From the human T2T-CHM13v2.0 reference genome, Homo sapiens, in NCBI RefSeq assembly GCF_009914755.1, contig NC_060942.1: 64,000 nt of DNA. One strand, given 5' to 3'. This document shows positions 16,945 through 30,857 of this stretch, piece after piece (positions within the stretch are counted from its first letter, which is position 1; each line of letters opens with the position of its first letter). The notes under the pieces were generated by a model. It searched no databases, had not been told where the DNA came from, and saw only the letters and a program-made list of their open reading frames with translations. Made by a program: the position numbers and the translations under genes.

Positions 16945-17136
16945 ATATAAATTTTTAAAGTGCCCACTTGGCCGGGTGCAGTGGCTCACGCCTGTAATCC
17001 TAACACTTTCAGAGGCTGAGGCAGGAGGATTGCTAGAGCCCAGAGCTTGAGGCTGCAGTGAGCCGCAGTCGTGTCACTGCACTCCAGTGTGGGCAACAGA
17101 GTGAGACCCTGTCTCAAAAAAAAAAAAAAAAAAAAA
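16908..17136 (+). repeat. (TG)n microsatellite and Alu monomer (FAM/FRAM-like, 16970-17136)
   Basis: Direct observation. Confidence 0.9.
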
Positions 17137-17825
17137 TTTAAAAGGTGCTCACCCACACAACCTGGAACCTAGCCATGTGTATGAAATGTGTGGTAGGGCA
17201 TAATTGCCCCCCTTAATCTCCCTGAAACTTGTTTAGATAACTTTGTGAAATAAAACGTTACATCTCCATGTTGTTTCTGTCTTCGTGCTGTACTGTGGTG
17301 ATGGCCATTAGTTAAGGGGATAAAAATACTGAAATACTGTCTAGTTTGCATAGTTCATTGCCAGATGGTTTCATTTTCATTCTTTTACTGTTAGAGTTCA
17401 TCCTGTTGTCATTAGGCATGCCTTACTACAAAGTCTCTTATTTAATCTAAATGTAGGGATATAATAGATTTTTATCCTTTTAAAACTCATCTTTTAGCTA
17501 TGGCGACTTTGACTTCCTGCCAAAATCCTGTTACCCTAGCAACAGGTAAAAAATTTTTTAAAAAACCAGTTTCTCCTATCTTTTTTGGCTTAGAACTTAT
17601 TTGTGATCTCAAGGTTTTAGGAGAAATATCTTTAAATCAGTTGCATGTTCTCTTCTATCTCTGGTTGACTGTTAGAGAGTGATGGCTTCTCACTTGATTC
17701 TGCATTTGTGTCAGATGTGATTAAAAGGCACATTAAGAGTTTGTATATTCATGCTAGAAATGTATATCACTGCTGGCTTTATGAAACTTATTTTTCATTA
17801 GTTTTGGCCACTGGAATTGATATTT

Positions 17826-17829
<4 letters not shown>

Positions 17830-17877
<48 letters not shown>

Positions 17878-18380
17878 CACAGTTTTTCTTTTTTTTTTTA
17901 GACAGAGTCTCGCTCTGTCGCTCAGGCTGGAGTGCAGTGGCGTGATCATAGCTCAGTGCTACCTCACACTCTTGGTCACGAGCAATCTGCCAGCCTCAGC
18001 CTCCTGAGTAGCAGGGACTACAGGTGAACACCACCATGCCTGGCTAATTTTTATTGATTTTCATTTTTTTGTAGGGAGTTCGGGGTAGAGGGAGTTGTCT
18101 TTGTTGCCCAGGCTTGTCTCAAACTCCTGGCCTCAAGTGATCCTCCAGCCTTGGCCTCCCAAAGTGCCAGGATTACAGATGTGCGCCATCACACCTGGCC
18201 TATAATTTTATTATATTCTAAATATTTTTACTTCATATATTTCTTATATATTTATATACTATAGATCATATATAATACATATTTCTTATACTATATAAAT
18301 CTATAATTTTTAATACTAACTTTTATTATAATTTATATTTTATTAGTTTATTTGATATTTTATTAGTATGGTTTACTATA
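17830..18380 (-). repeat. (TG)n, antisense AluJ-type (17884-18200), AT-rich low-complexity tract
   Basis: Direct observation. Confidence 0.9.
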
Positions 18381-18559
18381 TGTAGTTTTCTGAAGTCCTC
18401 CACTTGATTTAATAAGAACTTTTTTTAATGTAAGGCTATAAATGTGTTGTAAAAAGGATGTTGAAAATTTTTGGTTCAGAGCATATTAAAATACATATTG
18501 AACTATTGGTGATTTTGGTAGCTTGTGGCTAAATTGGAAGGCGGGGTGTTAAGGATACT

Positions 18560-18740
18560 GGGGCTAACACTGTCTGAGGGCTTACCCTACTTACTATCTC
18601 ATTGCAGCAGGCTCCTGAGGGGAGACAGTTACGAATCCCACTTTTAGGTGAGGAAATGAAGCCTGAGAAAGGTTCAATAACTTACCCCAGGGTTTTGCAG
18701 CCTGCCAGAGGCAGGTTTCTAGCCCAGACTCTGCAGTTTG
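18560..18740. mobile_element. MIR remnant
   Basis: cccacttttaggtgaggaaatgaagcctgagaaaggttcaataacttacccc. Confidence 0.75.
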
Positions 18741-20559
18741 CACAGAATGAAAGCTGACATTTCAAAAGCTGCTTAATTTTAGTCTCCTTGAATCTTTCAA
18801 TATAGATGTGGGACAGTTAGCAGATATGTCTTTCCATCCAGTTTTTACTTCTGCTTTTGATGTAGTCATTTTCATTTCATTTAGGTGTTCAATCTTGGTT
18901 AAAGTTGGTTATGCCATCATTAACTGGACGTGTGTGTAGTTTTGGAAGACTGTGAATGTCCTGGTTTTATATTCCTTAGCTGGGGTCTGATGCTTTCTGG
19001 AATTACTTGCAGTTGCTGTTAACAGCATCATGGTGTCGTTAATTAATTGGGCAAATCTTCCTGCAGAATTATGAAATGTTTTAGAGTGGCTTGAATTTAG
19101 CAGTTGCCTGGGATGTATCTGGGGGCTGCATGGATTGTAGCAGGGCCTGAGCCTTATGAGGGACAGAGCCTCTTCCTGCAGTGTCTCGGAAATCTGGAGA
19201 AATGCACAAGAGAGAGGCCCTTTCTTGACTCCAGGAGTTATCTTAAAGCAGAGGCTCTCGAGGCAGAGAGCACAGTTAGAATCAGGGTTTTTTTGAGTCT
19301 GGTTATGGGGGTTTGGGATGTGGAGAAGTGGGTAGGACCTGGGTAGGAGTGAAGTCTATTTTTAAATTTCTCTAGATAATTGTGTTACCTTCACACTTAC
19401 ATACGTTCCCTCCTACTCTCCTACCCTCTCTCTTCTCCTTGAGTAGTTCTGCTGTAAAGGGATTAAGCTGAGAGATAAGCTATTTAGAGGATTTTGCTCT
19501 TAATGCTGGAGAGTTTATAAAAGCTGCCTAACAGGAAGATGAGATTGGAGAATAATTTCAGTTTAGGAGTTATATATTTTTAAGAATAGCTAGAAAAACC
19601 ATGAGTTTTTACTTTGGGAATTATCTTTCATTTAAAATGTTTATCTAAAATTACTTGCCTTGGTGTTTATAATTTGTTTCTAAATTATATTTTATAACTA
19701 TTATGTGTTTTAGCAAACCTGTTTATTTTTGGATCATGAACAAGAATCTGGAAAGCCCCAAGCTTGCCCCAGTACCAGGCAATTTCACTGAACTGAAACA
19801 AAGTGAAAGATACAAAGAAGGAACCATAAGGTTTGCCCTCTAAATTGAAAGAAAATGAAATGACAAACGACCAGATTCCATTTCTAAAATTTACTGATTA
19901 TTTTTCCATTAGGGACAGAAAAATAAATCCTTTCAAGAAAGACTAACACGTTATTTTGAAAATGTGACACAAATAAGACTGTAAAATATTAGTCCACATC
20001 TTGTGTATAGCCAGAAAAGGCATTTTTTTGTGTTTTTTTTTTTTTTTTTTTTTTTCTTTCAGGTTCTTAGGAAGATATGCTCTTTACTGTGACATGTTGC
20101 TGCTTGGTCAGATGTCTGTCTGTTGGAGGCATTTTTCTGTAAACTCACCCGAGGTTGCTATAAACAAGGTTGAAGGGCTATAAATGTGTATTTATGTATG
20201 TCCTGTTATGTGGTCTAAGGGAAAAGCTGTGGCTTTATTAACTCTTGTTATTGTTATGGTGTGCACGTTTTCTCATGACACTGCATGAGAGTATATTAAT
20301 GTACATCCCACTGGATATTAAGTATAAAAACCCCACATCGAAGGATGTGCAATGAAATTATTAAAGTAATAGCAAGACAAAGGTGTTGAATCTGGTAACC
20401 AGGTCAGTGGGCTTCTTTCTGAAAGTCTGCTAGGATTTAGGGGCTGGTAGGCCTAGAGGTAGAATAGCTGGTGGTCCCAGTGGAGGGTCCCCAACAGAAC
20501 CAATCCCCCTATCATTAGAACCCATTGCCAGATAACAAAGCTTTCCCCGATAGACCCTA

Positions 20560-20990
20560 CACAGCTGCCAGAGCATCTCTTGGAAGTGTGACTGTCATAG
20601 GTGGCCCTGGAGCCCTCCATGATCTTACCCTGCCTCCTTTTCCACCTCTCCTCCCCCTGGACCCTTGCCTATTCTTGTTCCAGCAATACAGAGCTGCTCG
20701 CAGTTTCCTGACATGTGCCACATTCTTCCTTGTCTTTGTTGCTTTCTGTTCCTTTTGCCTGGACATACCTTTCCTTGCTGCATTGCCTGCCTGTGAGCTA
20801 GTTATCACCAGTAGGTCTCTTCATCCCCACCCTGCCCCCCCGTGCACCCTTCCGTGCACCTGTGGCCGCCTCCACCATACTTTTTTTTTCTGCTGTTGTT
20901 CAACAGATTATAATCTCCTCAAGGGCATGGAGAGCCTGGCAAGTTAGAGTCGGAGCTCGGTAAATACCGTGGAAGGAATTAATCGAAACG
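20560..20990 (+). mobile_element. L2 3' remnant
   Basis: gccctccatgatcttaccctgcct...ctgttccttttgcctgga...agctcggtaaataccgtggaaggaattaat resembles the L2 3' end. Confidence 0.65.
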
Positions 20991-23168
20991 CACGGCATTC
21001 GGTCTCCCACGGCCTGCTGGGTTGCTGAGGCTGCTTCAGACCTCAGTTTGGCTGAGGACTGGCTGTGGCTACTTAACTCTCACCACGTTTTATTACTATA
21101 GATTTGCACCTTCTACCTTGCCGCATGGCAGTTGCAAGCCTTTGGCCAGAATTGCCGGCCGAAAGGGAGTGGTTCAGTGCAGGCTCATTAAACATGTGTT
21201 AGAAAAAATCATTTACAGCACTTGAGCTGTGGATACCAAGCTGTATCTTTGCACATGAAGTACAGCACATATGGTACTCGTCTCTGAAAAGTCAGTACCC
21301 TACAAGGCATGCAGGCAATAATGGGTTAGAACATGGTGCTTAAGAACACCACAGTGACTAAGATGTTTACAGACACTTAAGACATTTGTAGTTCATTGCC
21401 TACCAGGGCTGCTGTTATTTTGGAGACCAAGGAAGATATTTCCTCCCCTGGCTTTTCCTGTTTATCTCTAAGGGGCCCAGAAGGTAGAGGCTCCCTTGAC
21501 ACTGGGCTGGTGCTGTTGCTGAGACAGGAAAAATAGGAGACTTGGTGCCTGTCTTTGTCTGCTTTGGGAGAATATACCAGGACTTCCTGGCCAAAAATAT
21601 TTCAGATTAAAAACATTCCCATAGCCAGAGACTAAGCTCCCTCACTGTCACAAACAAGCACTTTTCCTTCCAGCTCGGCTTCCAGTGCCCATGGCTGCAG
21701 CGAGTCTAGCTCCTTACCCCTCTCTTCCTTTTGGCTTGGAGATTGGGTTCTGCTGTCTCATCATGGTGCTCCCATACCTGGAAGCTTACAGATGGCAAAG
21801 CCTTGGCTTCTGGCAGACCCAGGCCAGTGCCTCCCTGAACCTTCTCCCTTGTCCTCTCTCAATCTCAAGTCCCTTCTTGTGACCCACGGTTCCCTCCCTG
21901 TCCCTGGAATCCATGGCAGGTAGAGCGTAGACATAGATCCCTTGGGGTGGTGGGAGTGGGAGGAGTGTCGTATCTCTCATGCCTTGAAGAGCCCAGATTT
22001 GCGCTGGGATTAGGTTTCTTCATTGAATCAGTGCTGAAAAGGGTGATTTGTCTCTGTTGCATTGGTTCAGTGTTGTGATTCTACTGCAGTGCCTGGTGAG
22101 GCTGTTATGGACTTGGCCTAGAATATAACTGTCATTTGTAATTTCTTTAGGAAAATGTGTTCCTCAATCCAATTGGCAGACCAGATTTTCAGATTTTAAG
22201 AATTTAGGACATGATTCCGTCTGTAAATTGACATTACCTTGAAACCTAAAACAACTAGAAAATAACTTAGCCACAGGTGGGGACATCAAAGAAAATAAGA
22301 GGCCATTCCCGGGCATGGTTGAATGAATAAGGACTTGTAAGATAGACAGCACCAGAAGGTAACTGGGAGGTAGGAGATGCTTGCTCGCTTTAGTTTTAAG
22401 TTGGGAAAACTTCAGACCCAGAGGGATTGTAGGACTTTTTGCAGAGCACTTTAGCTCTTGTGCCTGAGCCTCGGGGTGTGAGCTTTTCCACAGCCACCTC
22501 GAGTTGTGAGTGAGAACACAGTCTTACTGCTTGGCAGGAGGAGAGCTGGGGCCTAGGGTGAGACCAGCACAGAGGAAAGTTCTGTCCAGTCTGCCAAATC
22601 CAGCAAGTCCATGTTAATGTCCAGTTGGAAGGGTGGTTCAGGGAGGAAGATGGGCTCCACTCTCATACCCTTTCTTCATGTCTCCTCAAAACCAGTCATT
22701 GCAACACCACAATCAACACCGACACGGAGCACAGAGGGGCGTCTTCATCGCTGCCCGGCAGCTTGGTCTCTCACCTGGGTACACAGCACCTTCCTGGGAC
22801 ACTCTAAGGGGTCACTTGTGCACTGCCCTTTTTCTGTTACACCTTCAGATATGATGGTTGATTATACCTACTGGTGGGACCTTATTAAAGTGGTCATTCA
22901 GGCAGTTGGAAAGTTCCTATATGATGTGGGGCTGGGACTGGAGAAAGTGACATGTCATCATTAGGTTAGCTTTTTTGACATTTGTGTTTGCTTGTTTACT
23001 TTTTAATGTTGTTAACACATTTTTTATTGATCTGATAAAAACAGCAATTATCTTTAAAAGGAATGATTAGTTTCTTTTGTCTTTTGATTTGTGGAAATAA
23101 ATACTAGAAAGATTCTATGTAAGTCTTCAAGCGGTATTTAATTTTTATTATGTAGCAATATTTGTCCC

Positions 23169-23477
23169 TTTTTTTTTTTTTTTTTTTTTTTGCCCCGAGA
23201 TGGAGTCTCGTTTTGTCGCCTAGGCTGGAGGGCAGTGGCGTGATCTCAGCTCACTGCAACCTCCCACTCTGGGTTCAAGCGATTCTCCTGCCTCAGCCTC
23301 CTGAGTAGCTGGGATTACAGATGCATGCCACCACTCCCGGCTAATTTTTTTGTGTTTTTAATAGAGATGGGGTTTCACTATGTTGGTCAGGCTGGTCTCA
23401 AACTCCTGACCTCGTGATCCACCTGCCTCGGCCTCCCAAAGTCCTGGGATTACAGGCGTGAGCCGCTGTGCCCAACC
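23169..23477 (-). mobile_element. Alu (S-type)
   Basis: T-tail, antisense consensus, TSD atatttgtcc. Confidence 0.95.
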
Positions 23478-24699
23478 ATATTTGTCCTTTTATAAAATAC
23501 TAGCTATTATACGGGGAAAAAAATCTTTCACAGTGACCTTTTTCTGTTTCAATTGCTTTATGATTAAAAAGGGCCAAAAGATTCTATAACTACTGTACTA
23601 GGAGAAAATATTCTGTGTATTCCTGCCAGTGGTCCCTTTTTGAAGACTGGATTCTCTGAGAACAGGAATAATAAGAGAAATAACATGTCACCCATCTGTA
23701 GATGGACATCTTGGGAACCAGGGAGGCTTCAAAGGTAGGACAGATGCCTGCAAGTAGAAGGGGAATGAAGTTGAGCCAGATCTAGACAAATAGGGCAGCA
23801 AAGATTTTTTTCATAGTCAGGTGGTCTCTGGTGAATGTTTCAGAGTTTATGATCATGGCAATGGATGCCTCAAGGCACCTGTCAGCCCTCTTTCCAGGGC
23901 GTCAGTCATTGTGAAGGAGAGGCAGTAAAGATTAGTCAGGATTTATTTTGTCGGCTTTCTAATGAGGATTAATAAAGATGTACCCAGTGGATGGCACGAG
24001 GGTATTGACCCAAGAGTCCCCTGACAGAGAAGAGATGTGAGGTTTGTTTAGGGTCTGCAGTGAGAGTCCCAAACCTCTGCTGCACATCCCCACTGGCCAG
24101 TGGAGGTGGACACAGAGGCCCCTGGCAGGCATGTACCCCTGGTAGCCCCACCGTGCCCTGGCAGGCATTTCTGGGTTTCATTGGCATGATGCTGGCAGCT
24201 TGTTAGAAAGTTAGGTAGCCTTCCTTCAGCCCTTTCTTTTTTTCTCTGCCCAAGTGTCTGACATTGCCCTAAGCTCAGAAACTACGGTGCGACACGTTTC
24301 TTTGCCATCTGCTCCGGATTTGGCCTTCTGTTCTTGTGCATTTGTTACTGTTCTGCGTCATTACTTTTTCAGTTGTACAGTGTCATCAGCAGACCAGACA
24401 GTCTTATAACCAGAAACTTCGGAGACTTGGTTTTGTTTTTGTTGTTTTAAATAAGCATAGTGGTAAGCACACGTTGGTTTAACCCTCTTTATTTCAAAGT
24501 TGTCACCTCGGTAATCTAGGCACGTGACAGTGATAGTGCTGGTTCTCAGAACCTGTTTAGAGCATGGCATATGAAAAAAAAGCATTCTTTTCACTTTATA
24601 GTTATGACTGGCTTTAGATTATCTACATAAATTTACATAAATTTGGTTCTGAATGATTGAGACTTGTCTCTATTTTCTATTGAATGTGAAACAGTGGTC

Positions 24700-24910
24700 T
24701 CAATCAGGGATCAGCAAACTGCGTTTCATGGGCCTGCCACCTGTTTTTGTAAATAATTTATGAGAACACAGCCACGCCCATTCATTTAATTATTATCGTC
24801 TATTCTTGGTTTTAAGGTACAAGGGCAGAGTTGAGTAGTTGCAACAGAAACCTTATGGTTTCTGGCCTAACATACTGTCTGGCCATTTAGAGAAAAAGTT
24901 GGTCGACTGT
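24700..24910. mobile_element. MER58-like hAT fossil
   Basis: cagggatcagcaaact...ctgtttttgtaaataa...gaacacagccacgcccattcattt. Confidence 0.75.
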
Positions 24911-24919
24911 TTTACCTAT

Positions 24920-25760
24920 CACTTTGGTAGAGTTGAAGACTAGAGCTGGTGTGGGAAACTCCCTTGGTGAACGTGCTAGTGGTGGTAGAATGAATCTTTT
25001 TTAGGGCAGTTTGGCATTTAAAGAGGCTTATTTTTCACAACCTTTATATTGGAAAGACTGCCTTCAATAGTTTATACAAAGGAAATAATTGATTATGGAA
25101 ATTTGTGTCTGTAGTTACTAAGAAGTTGAGACAACCTGAATCTTTAATAGAAGATAAACAATTCATGGTTCATTTGTGCAACAGAATACAATACACTTGT
25201 TAAGAATGCAGAACTAGCTGGGCATGGTGGCTCACGCCTGTAATTCCAGCACTTTGGGAGGCTGAGGCGGGTAGATCACCTGAGGTAAGAAGTTTGAGAC
25301 CTGCCTGGGCAACATGGTGAAACCCTATCTCTATTAAAAACACACAAATTATCCAGGTGTGGTGGTACACACCTGCAGTCCCAGCTACTTGGGAGGCTGA
25401 GGTACGAGAATCACTTGAATCCCAGGGCAGAGGCTATGGTGAGCTGAGATTGCACTACTGCACTCCAGCCTGGGCGACAGAGACTCTGTCTCAAAAATAC
25501 AAACAAGAAAACAACTGTCAGTGTGTGTAGATATGTGTGTTTTACAAGTGAAAAAGAATTAGTTTGAAAGCCAATATGTATAATATAGATCGGTTTTAGA
25601 AATATAAATACACATCAGTGTGTATATTCAGAAAAGTGGGAAGGCTGTGTCATTAGAAATTGACAGTGGTTATTTTGATGGGTGAGATTGGAAGCAATCT
25701 TTTCTCTTTTACATTGTGCAATAAGCATTTGTTACTTTGATAAAGAAATAAGAAAATGAA
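24920..25760 (+). mobile_element. Old L1 3' remnant with inserted Alu (25217-25510)
   Basis: L1M-like 3'UTR motifs on both sides of a sense Alu. Confidence 0.7.
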
Positions 25761-26403
25761 GGCCACAGTTATTTGAGTCTGAAGTCTAAAATGTACCATA
25801 CGTGCTTCATTTTGAAAATGGAAGCTGCTGAGCAGGAATTCCCTCAATATCTGGGCCCCTTCGTCACCCACCCACCCCTGACTTTAATAAGCATCACACC
25901 TGTCCCCGGATGACGCCTTGGCTCTGGCCACACAGGAAGAGCTGTTCTTCCTGTGTCTGAATCCCTGTCTCCCTGCTCATTCATTCATCGCTCGCCTCTA
26001 TCCTCAGTCTCTTCATTTATTACAGGCTCTTTCTTATCCGTATTTAAACACCGTCATGTCTTGGCCATCCTGCAGGAAATAAGCAGAGTTCCTCTGTGTC
26101 CAGCACTTTATCCTAAATTTGTTACTCCATGATTACTTCGTAGAACCTGCCGATGTTTTCCAAGTAGACAGTTTTGTTCAGTTAATCTTTATTTATTCAT
26201 TCCCACAGTATTTACTGTTTTCTGATGCAGAGATGAACAATTGACAGCTTCTGTTCTCAAGGAGCTTATGGGGGAGGGAAAATGCCCCCCAAACATCCCT
26301 TTAATAATTAAAAAACAACAAAACTTTGATTGTACGCTTTTTCTTTGAAGAAAGAGGCTTACTGTAAGTTGGTGTTTTACCTACTAATTGAAATATATAT
26401 CTG

Positions 26404-27415
26404 TTTTTTGAGACAGAGTTTTCACTCACTCTGTCGCCCAGGCTGGAATGCAGTGGCACTATCTCTGCTCACTGCAACTGCTGCTTACCGAGTTCAAGTG
26501 ATTCTTGTGCCTCAGCCTCCTGAGTAGCTGGGATTACAGGCATGCACCACCATGCCCAGCTAATATTTGTATTTTTAGTAGAGACAGGATTTTGCCATGT
26601 TGGCCAGGCTGGACTTGAACTCCTGGCCTCAAGTGGTGCGCCCGCCTTGGCTTCCAAAGTGCTGGGATTACAGGCGTGAGCCACTGTGCCTGGCCAGAAA
26701 GATTTTTTTGTTACCTTAATAAGTCATTAGAGAAATGCAAATTAAAACCACAACAAAATACTACTGGCCACCCTGTAGAATGACTGAACTAAATGAAGTG
26801 GCAATGCCAAATGTTAAAAGATGGCGGAACGGTGGCAGTTTCTCTCCATTGCTGGTGGGTATGCAGGGGACAGCCGCTCTGGAAAACAGTTAGACAGTTT
26901 CTTATTTAACATATGACTTAGTAATCCCGCTCCTGGGTATTTACCCAAGAGAAATCATATGCACAGATGAATGATTATAGTAAATGTTTATAGTGGCTTT
27001 ATTCATAATATCAAAAACTAGAAAATCCCTAAATGGCTTTCACTTGGCAAGTGAATAAACACACTTGGGCACATCCACACTGGAACACTAGTCAGCAGAG
27101 AAAAGGAACAAATACCAATAGACCCAACAGCGTGGAGGAATTATATGTGTATTATGCTGAGTGAAAGAAGCGAGACTCAAAGCTTCACGTGTACTGTATG
27201 GCTCCATTTATATGACAAATGGAGAAAGCAAAACCAGAGATAGAAAGCAAATCCCTGGCTGCTAAGAGCGGGGTCGAGGGGGTGGGGTTGATTATAAAGG
27301 GCACGTGGGAATTTTGGGGGATGACACAACTGTTCTATGTCTTGACTGTGGTGGCACTTATTCATAGAACTCTACTTTTAAAAAAGTGATTTTATAAACT
27401 ATATCTCAATAAGCT
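26404..27415. mobile_element. Antisense Alu (26404-26695) followed by L1M ORF2-end/3'UTR remnant (+)
   Basis: agagaaatgcaaattaaaaccacaa...ctcctgggtatttacccaagagaaat...attatgctgagtgaaagaagc. Confidence 0.85.
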
Positions 27416-29841
27416 CAGTTTTTTTTGCGGTAAAATTTTTTTTGGATATGTGCTATATTTACATAGTTTAAAAATTTAAACAATATGAAGGAATATAGTG
27501 AAGTCTTAACTCCTAAGTTTCTTATCTTGAAGTCTCCTTATGCAAGTATTAGCATATATGCATATATTCTCATTCTTCTAATACAGAACACAGCTTCCAT
27601 CTATAATTTTGTGTACCAGTACTTTCTCCGCTTAGTAGTTATGGTTCTTTTCGTATCAGTGCATTGAGATCTTCCCTCCATTTCTGTAGCGGCACGGCAT
27701 CTTGTGGTATGAGTGCATGCATGTATTTAGCCAGTTCTCCTTTGATGGACCCACCGTACACAATGGTGCAGTGAATAAACTTGAACACAGTGACTTCTGC
27801 TATAACACTTATGCTGAAACAAATTTATCCCAGTACCAAGATTTATCAGAACAATGGGAGCTTAACCTGAATTTCATGTTTGCTTATGTGTGATTTCATC
27901 CCTGAGAAATACCAAGTGACTACAGAATACTGTGGAGTTGTGTAGGAAAACACAAAACACATACACACAACAAACCTCCGATTTCACCAGGGCCTCCCTC
28001 TCAACTGTGGGTCACATCCATCCACAGCTGGTGTTGCAAGCTTCCCTTCCACTAAGATTGCCCTCCTTCCCCCACTTCACAGTAACTCACAAGCTGCAAC
28101 CCTCTGACCTCCACAAGCTCACTGCAGGTCTTTTTCAAGGTAAAGTGCAGTGTTTTTTGCATTTCTTAACCATTTGACGTAGTTAAAACTAAATATTTTC
28201 ATTCGATGTGTCACTGACAAAGTCTTGAGTGTTGTCTCCGTGACTCCATTTTTGCTAGAGGCCCTGTTGTTTTGTTGAAGTTTTGCATAGTGCAGTGATT
28301 TTTAGGAGCACCGATGTTGCATTACAGCAGAAACGGGCTGTAGTAAGTATGCAGGTCTCTTCATAGAATAGATTGCCCAGTGGAAGGGGTCAGAGCTTTA
28401 GGAGTGAATTTTGGAGGGACTGCTGCTGTGCTATATTTAAATCATGTGATTGGCTTGGTTTTTCCTTTTTCATAAAAAGGTGTGAGCTGAAGGGCATGTG
28501 TCAGCAACGGTTGAGGATAATCCTGTAGCCTGCAGTCTTTAAGTTTGTGGGAGTTTCTGGCTGCATGGTGGTCGTTAAGGAGGCTCTTGCATGTTGGTGC
28601 AAGGCAGATACCTCGTGGAGGTAGGACTCCCAGGACAAGGTGAGATGTGGATGCCTTGCCAGATCTGGGTATGAAGTTATGACTTTTCTCCCTCTAACTT
28701 CCCCAAAGTCACCTGAAACAGAGACCCGTAAGCACAGAAACAGAAAGGACAAGTTATTAGAATGGGAAGTTTCTGATTGTGAGGGAAGCCCCGTGGCAAA
28801 CCGAGACACGTCCACCAAGTGCTCTCCGGGAAGAATGGCCTGCCAAGGCCGTACCATCCCAAGCACAGCAGCAGCATGGGGTAGCGCACGCCTAGCATAG
28901 TCACTGGAGAAAAGGAGGCGGGATTAATGCTTTCTTTCCTGAAGCTGTGAAGATGAAAGTCAAAAATGAGACGGGAGGAAGAAAGTTTAGGAAGTGTACC
29001 CAAGTGTTTATTTTGATATTTTACTCTCAAAAAGTTTTATGTTAAAAACTTTGGAAACCCTGCCAGCTTATTAGTTCACTATTTCTTTAAAGAGTTCTAT
29101 TTAAAAACAAAGTAACTCAGAACTGAGTAGGAAGACATGTTCCTTTTCTGATCTTAGTTAACTATTAAAAAGTCCACCCAAAGCTCTCAATCTCAGCTTA
29201 TAGTAAAGCCAGGAGGAAGCAAACGGCCTAAAGTCTTAGAATGATGACGGTGGGCTTTACACTGAAATGCTGTTTTCCCATTTTTTAAACTCATAAAAGC
29301 AGAAGGAGCTAGTAATATTGAGGAACAGAAGTTACGAAAATAAATTTGGCAAAGTACCTTCGAATAAGTTTGTATTTAAAATCTAACAGAGGAAGAAAGT
29401 TGTCTGTTAGGTAATGTGACCAGGCAGGTTTGATCTGGAAACTGGTGTTTTAAACCTCATTTTCTTGTCACCAGTGAATTGGAAACCCTGCTTATTTTTG
29501 AATTGCAGAGTTCATTTCTGCATTTTTCATAAAGATGCTGAAACAGAAGGATGTCTCTCTCACATTGATTGATCTTTTGAAAATAGTTACTGATTTGCTA
29601 AGCTGCTCTTCATTTTTTAGGGTTTTCTTACTGGCATTTCTGTATTAAAATTTTGTTTTGATGTTAATATTACTACACAAGAAGAAATAGAATATTAAAC
29701 CCGTCACCTTAATAGGAAATCGAATTTTCCTTTCTGTGGGGTCTCTTGTCCTATTGTATTGTTAGAAAGATACATTTTTCTTTATAATCTGTTAGGATTT
29801 GGTGAAGCAGTCTTGCTTTTAGAAAGATGACTTTCAGTTGA

Positions 29842-30108
29842 TTTTTTTTTTCTTTTGAGATGGAGCCTTGCTCTGTCTCACAGGCTGGAGTGCAGTATCA
29901 TGATCTTCTCGGCTCACTGCAACCACTGCAATTCTTCTGCCCCAGCCTTCTGAGTAGCTGGGATTATAGGCACCTGCCATCATGCCCAGCTAATTTTTGT
30001 ATTTTTAGTAGAGACGGGGTTTCACCATGTTGGCCAGGCTGGTCTTGAACTCCTGACCTCAGGTGATCCAAAGTGCTGGGATTACAGGCGTGAGCCACTG
30101 CGCCCAGC
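29842..30108 (-). mobile_element. Alu with internal deletions
   Basis: Antisense consensus; tcagttgatttt on both flanks. Confidence 0.92.
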
Positions 30109-30857
30109 CTCAGTTGATTTTTATATGTAGAAAATATAAAAAGCATTAGATACTAGATTTTTAAATATCTTTATTGAAATACAGAACTGTTGTTCATGAC
30201 TTTAAAGCTTTAAAATAAATAAAGGCTCGTTACCTCTTAGTCACTCTTTTGCTGCATAAATGCTAATCCAAGAGGTTAGGGATTGCTGCTGGCCTATTTT
30301 GTGTAATCAAATCTTTATGAGAGAATATTTTTGGGGGGTGCCAGCTTGTTATTTGCTTTGTTCTCTCTTTCGTTGTTTCCCCCAGAGATGAACAGCATTG
30401 GTATAACTTTTAACTTGGAGAAGAAATTTTCTCCTTTGCCCTTGTTTGGATTCAAGACCCTTTTGAATATCTACCAGACTGATTTGGTTTATTTAAAAGA
30501 CAGACAGTATTTTTCTATGCTTTTTGAATGGAAGTTGGCTGCATAACTTGACTATTACAAGAGCATTTCCTGAGCGATGTGTCCCATGCTGCCTGCCCCC
30601 TTTGTTAATCATCCCCGTGTTCTCGAAGCGTCCTGGGAGGGAGGCACTGTTGCAAGCCCACCTCACAGGGGTGGGAGTGGACATTCACGTGGGTTGAGTG
30701 GCTTTCACCAGGTCCTGTGATTCATGAGGCAGAGACCAGGTGCCAGCTCATCTTAGGTGCTGCCGGCCAGACTCAGCCACTCCGATTTGCCTGCCGGTTT
30801 GAACAAGGACATGTTTGTCAAGCGGTTATGGGAAAATGATTTTTAAAAATGTAATCA

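Noticed and set aside
20030-20070. Very strong poly-T acceptor (tttctttcAG at 20062)
   Set aside because: No convincing downstream donor; the poly-T is probably a simple repeat.
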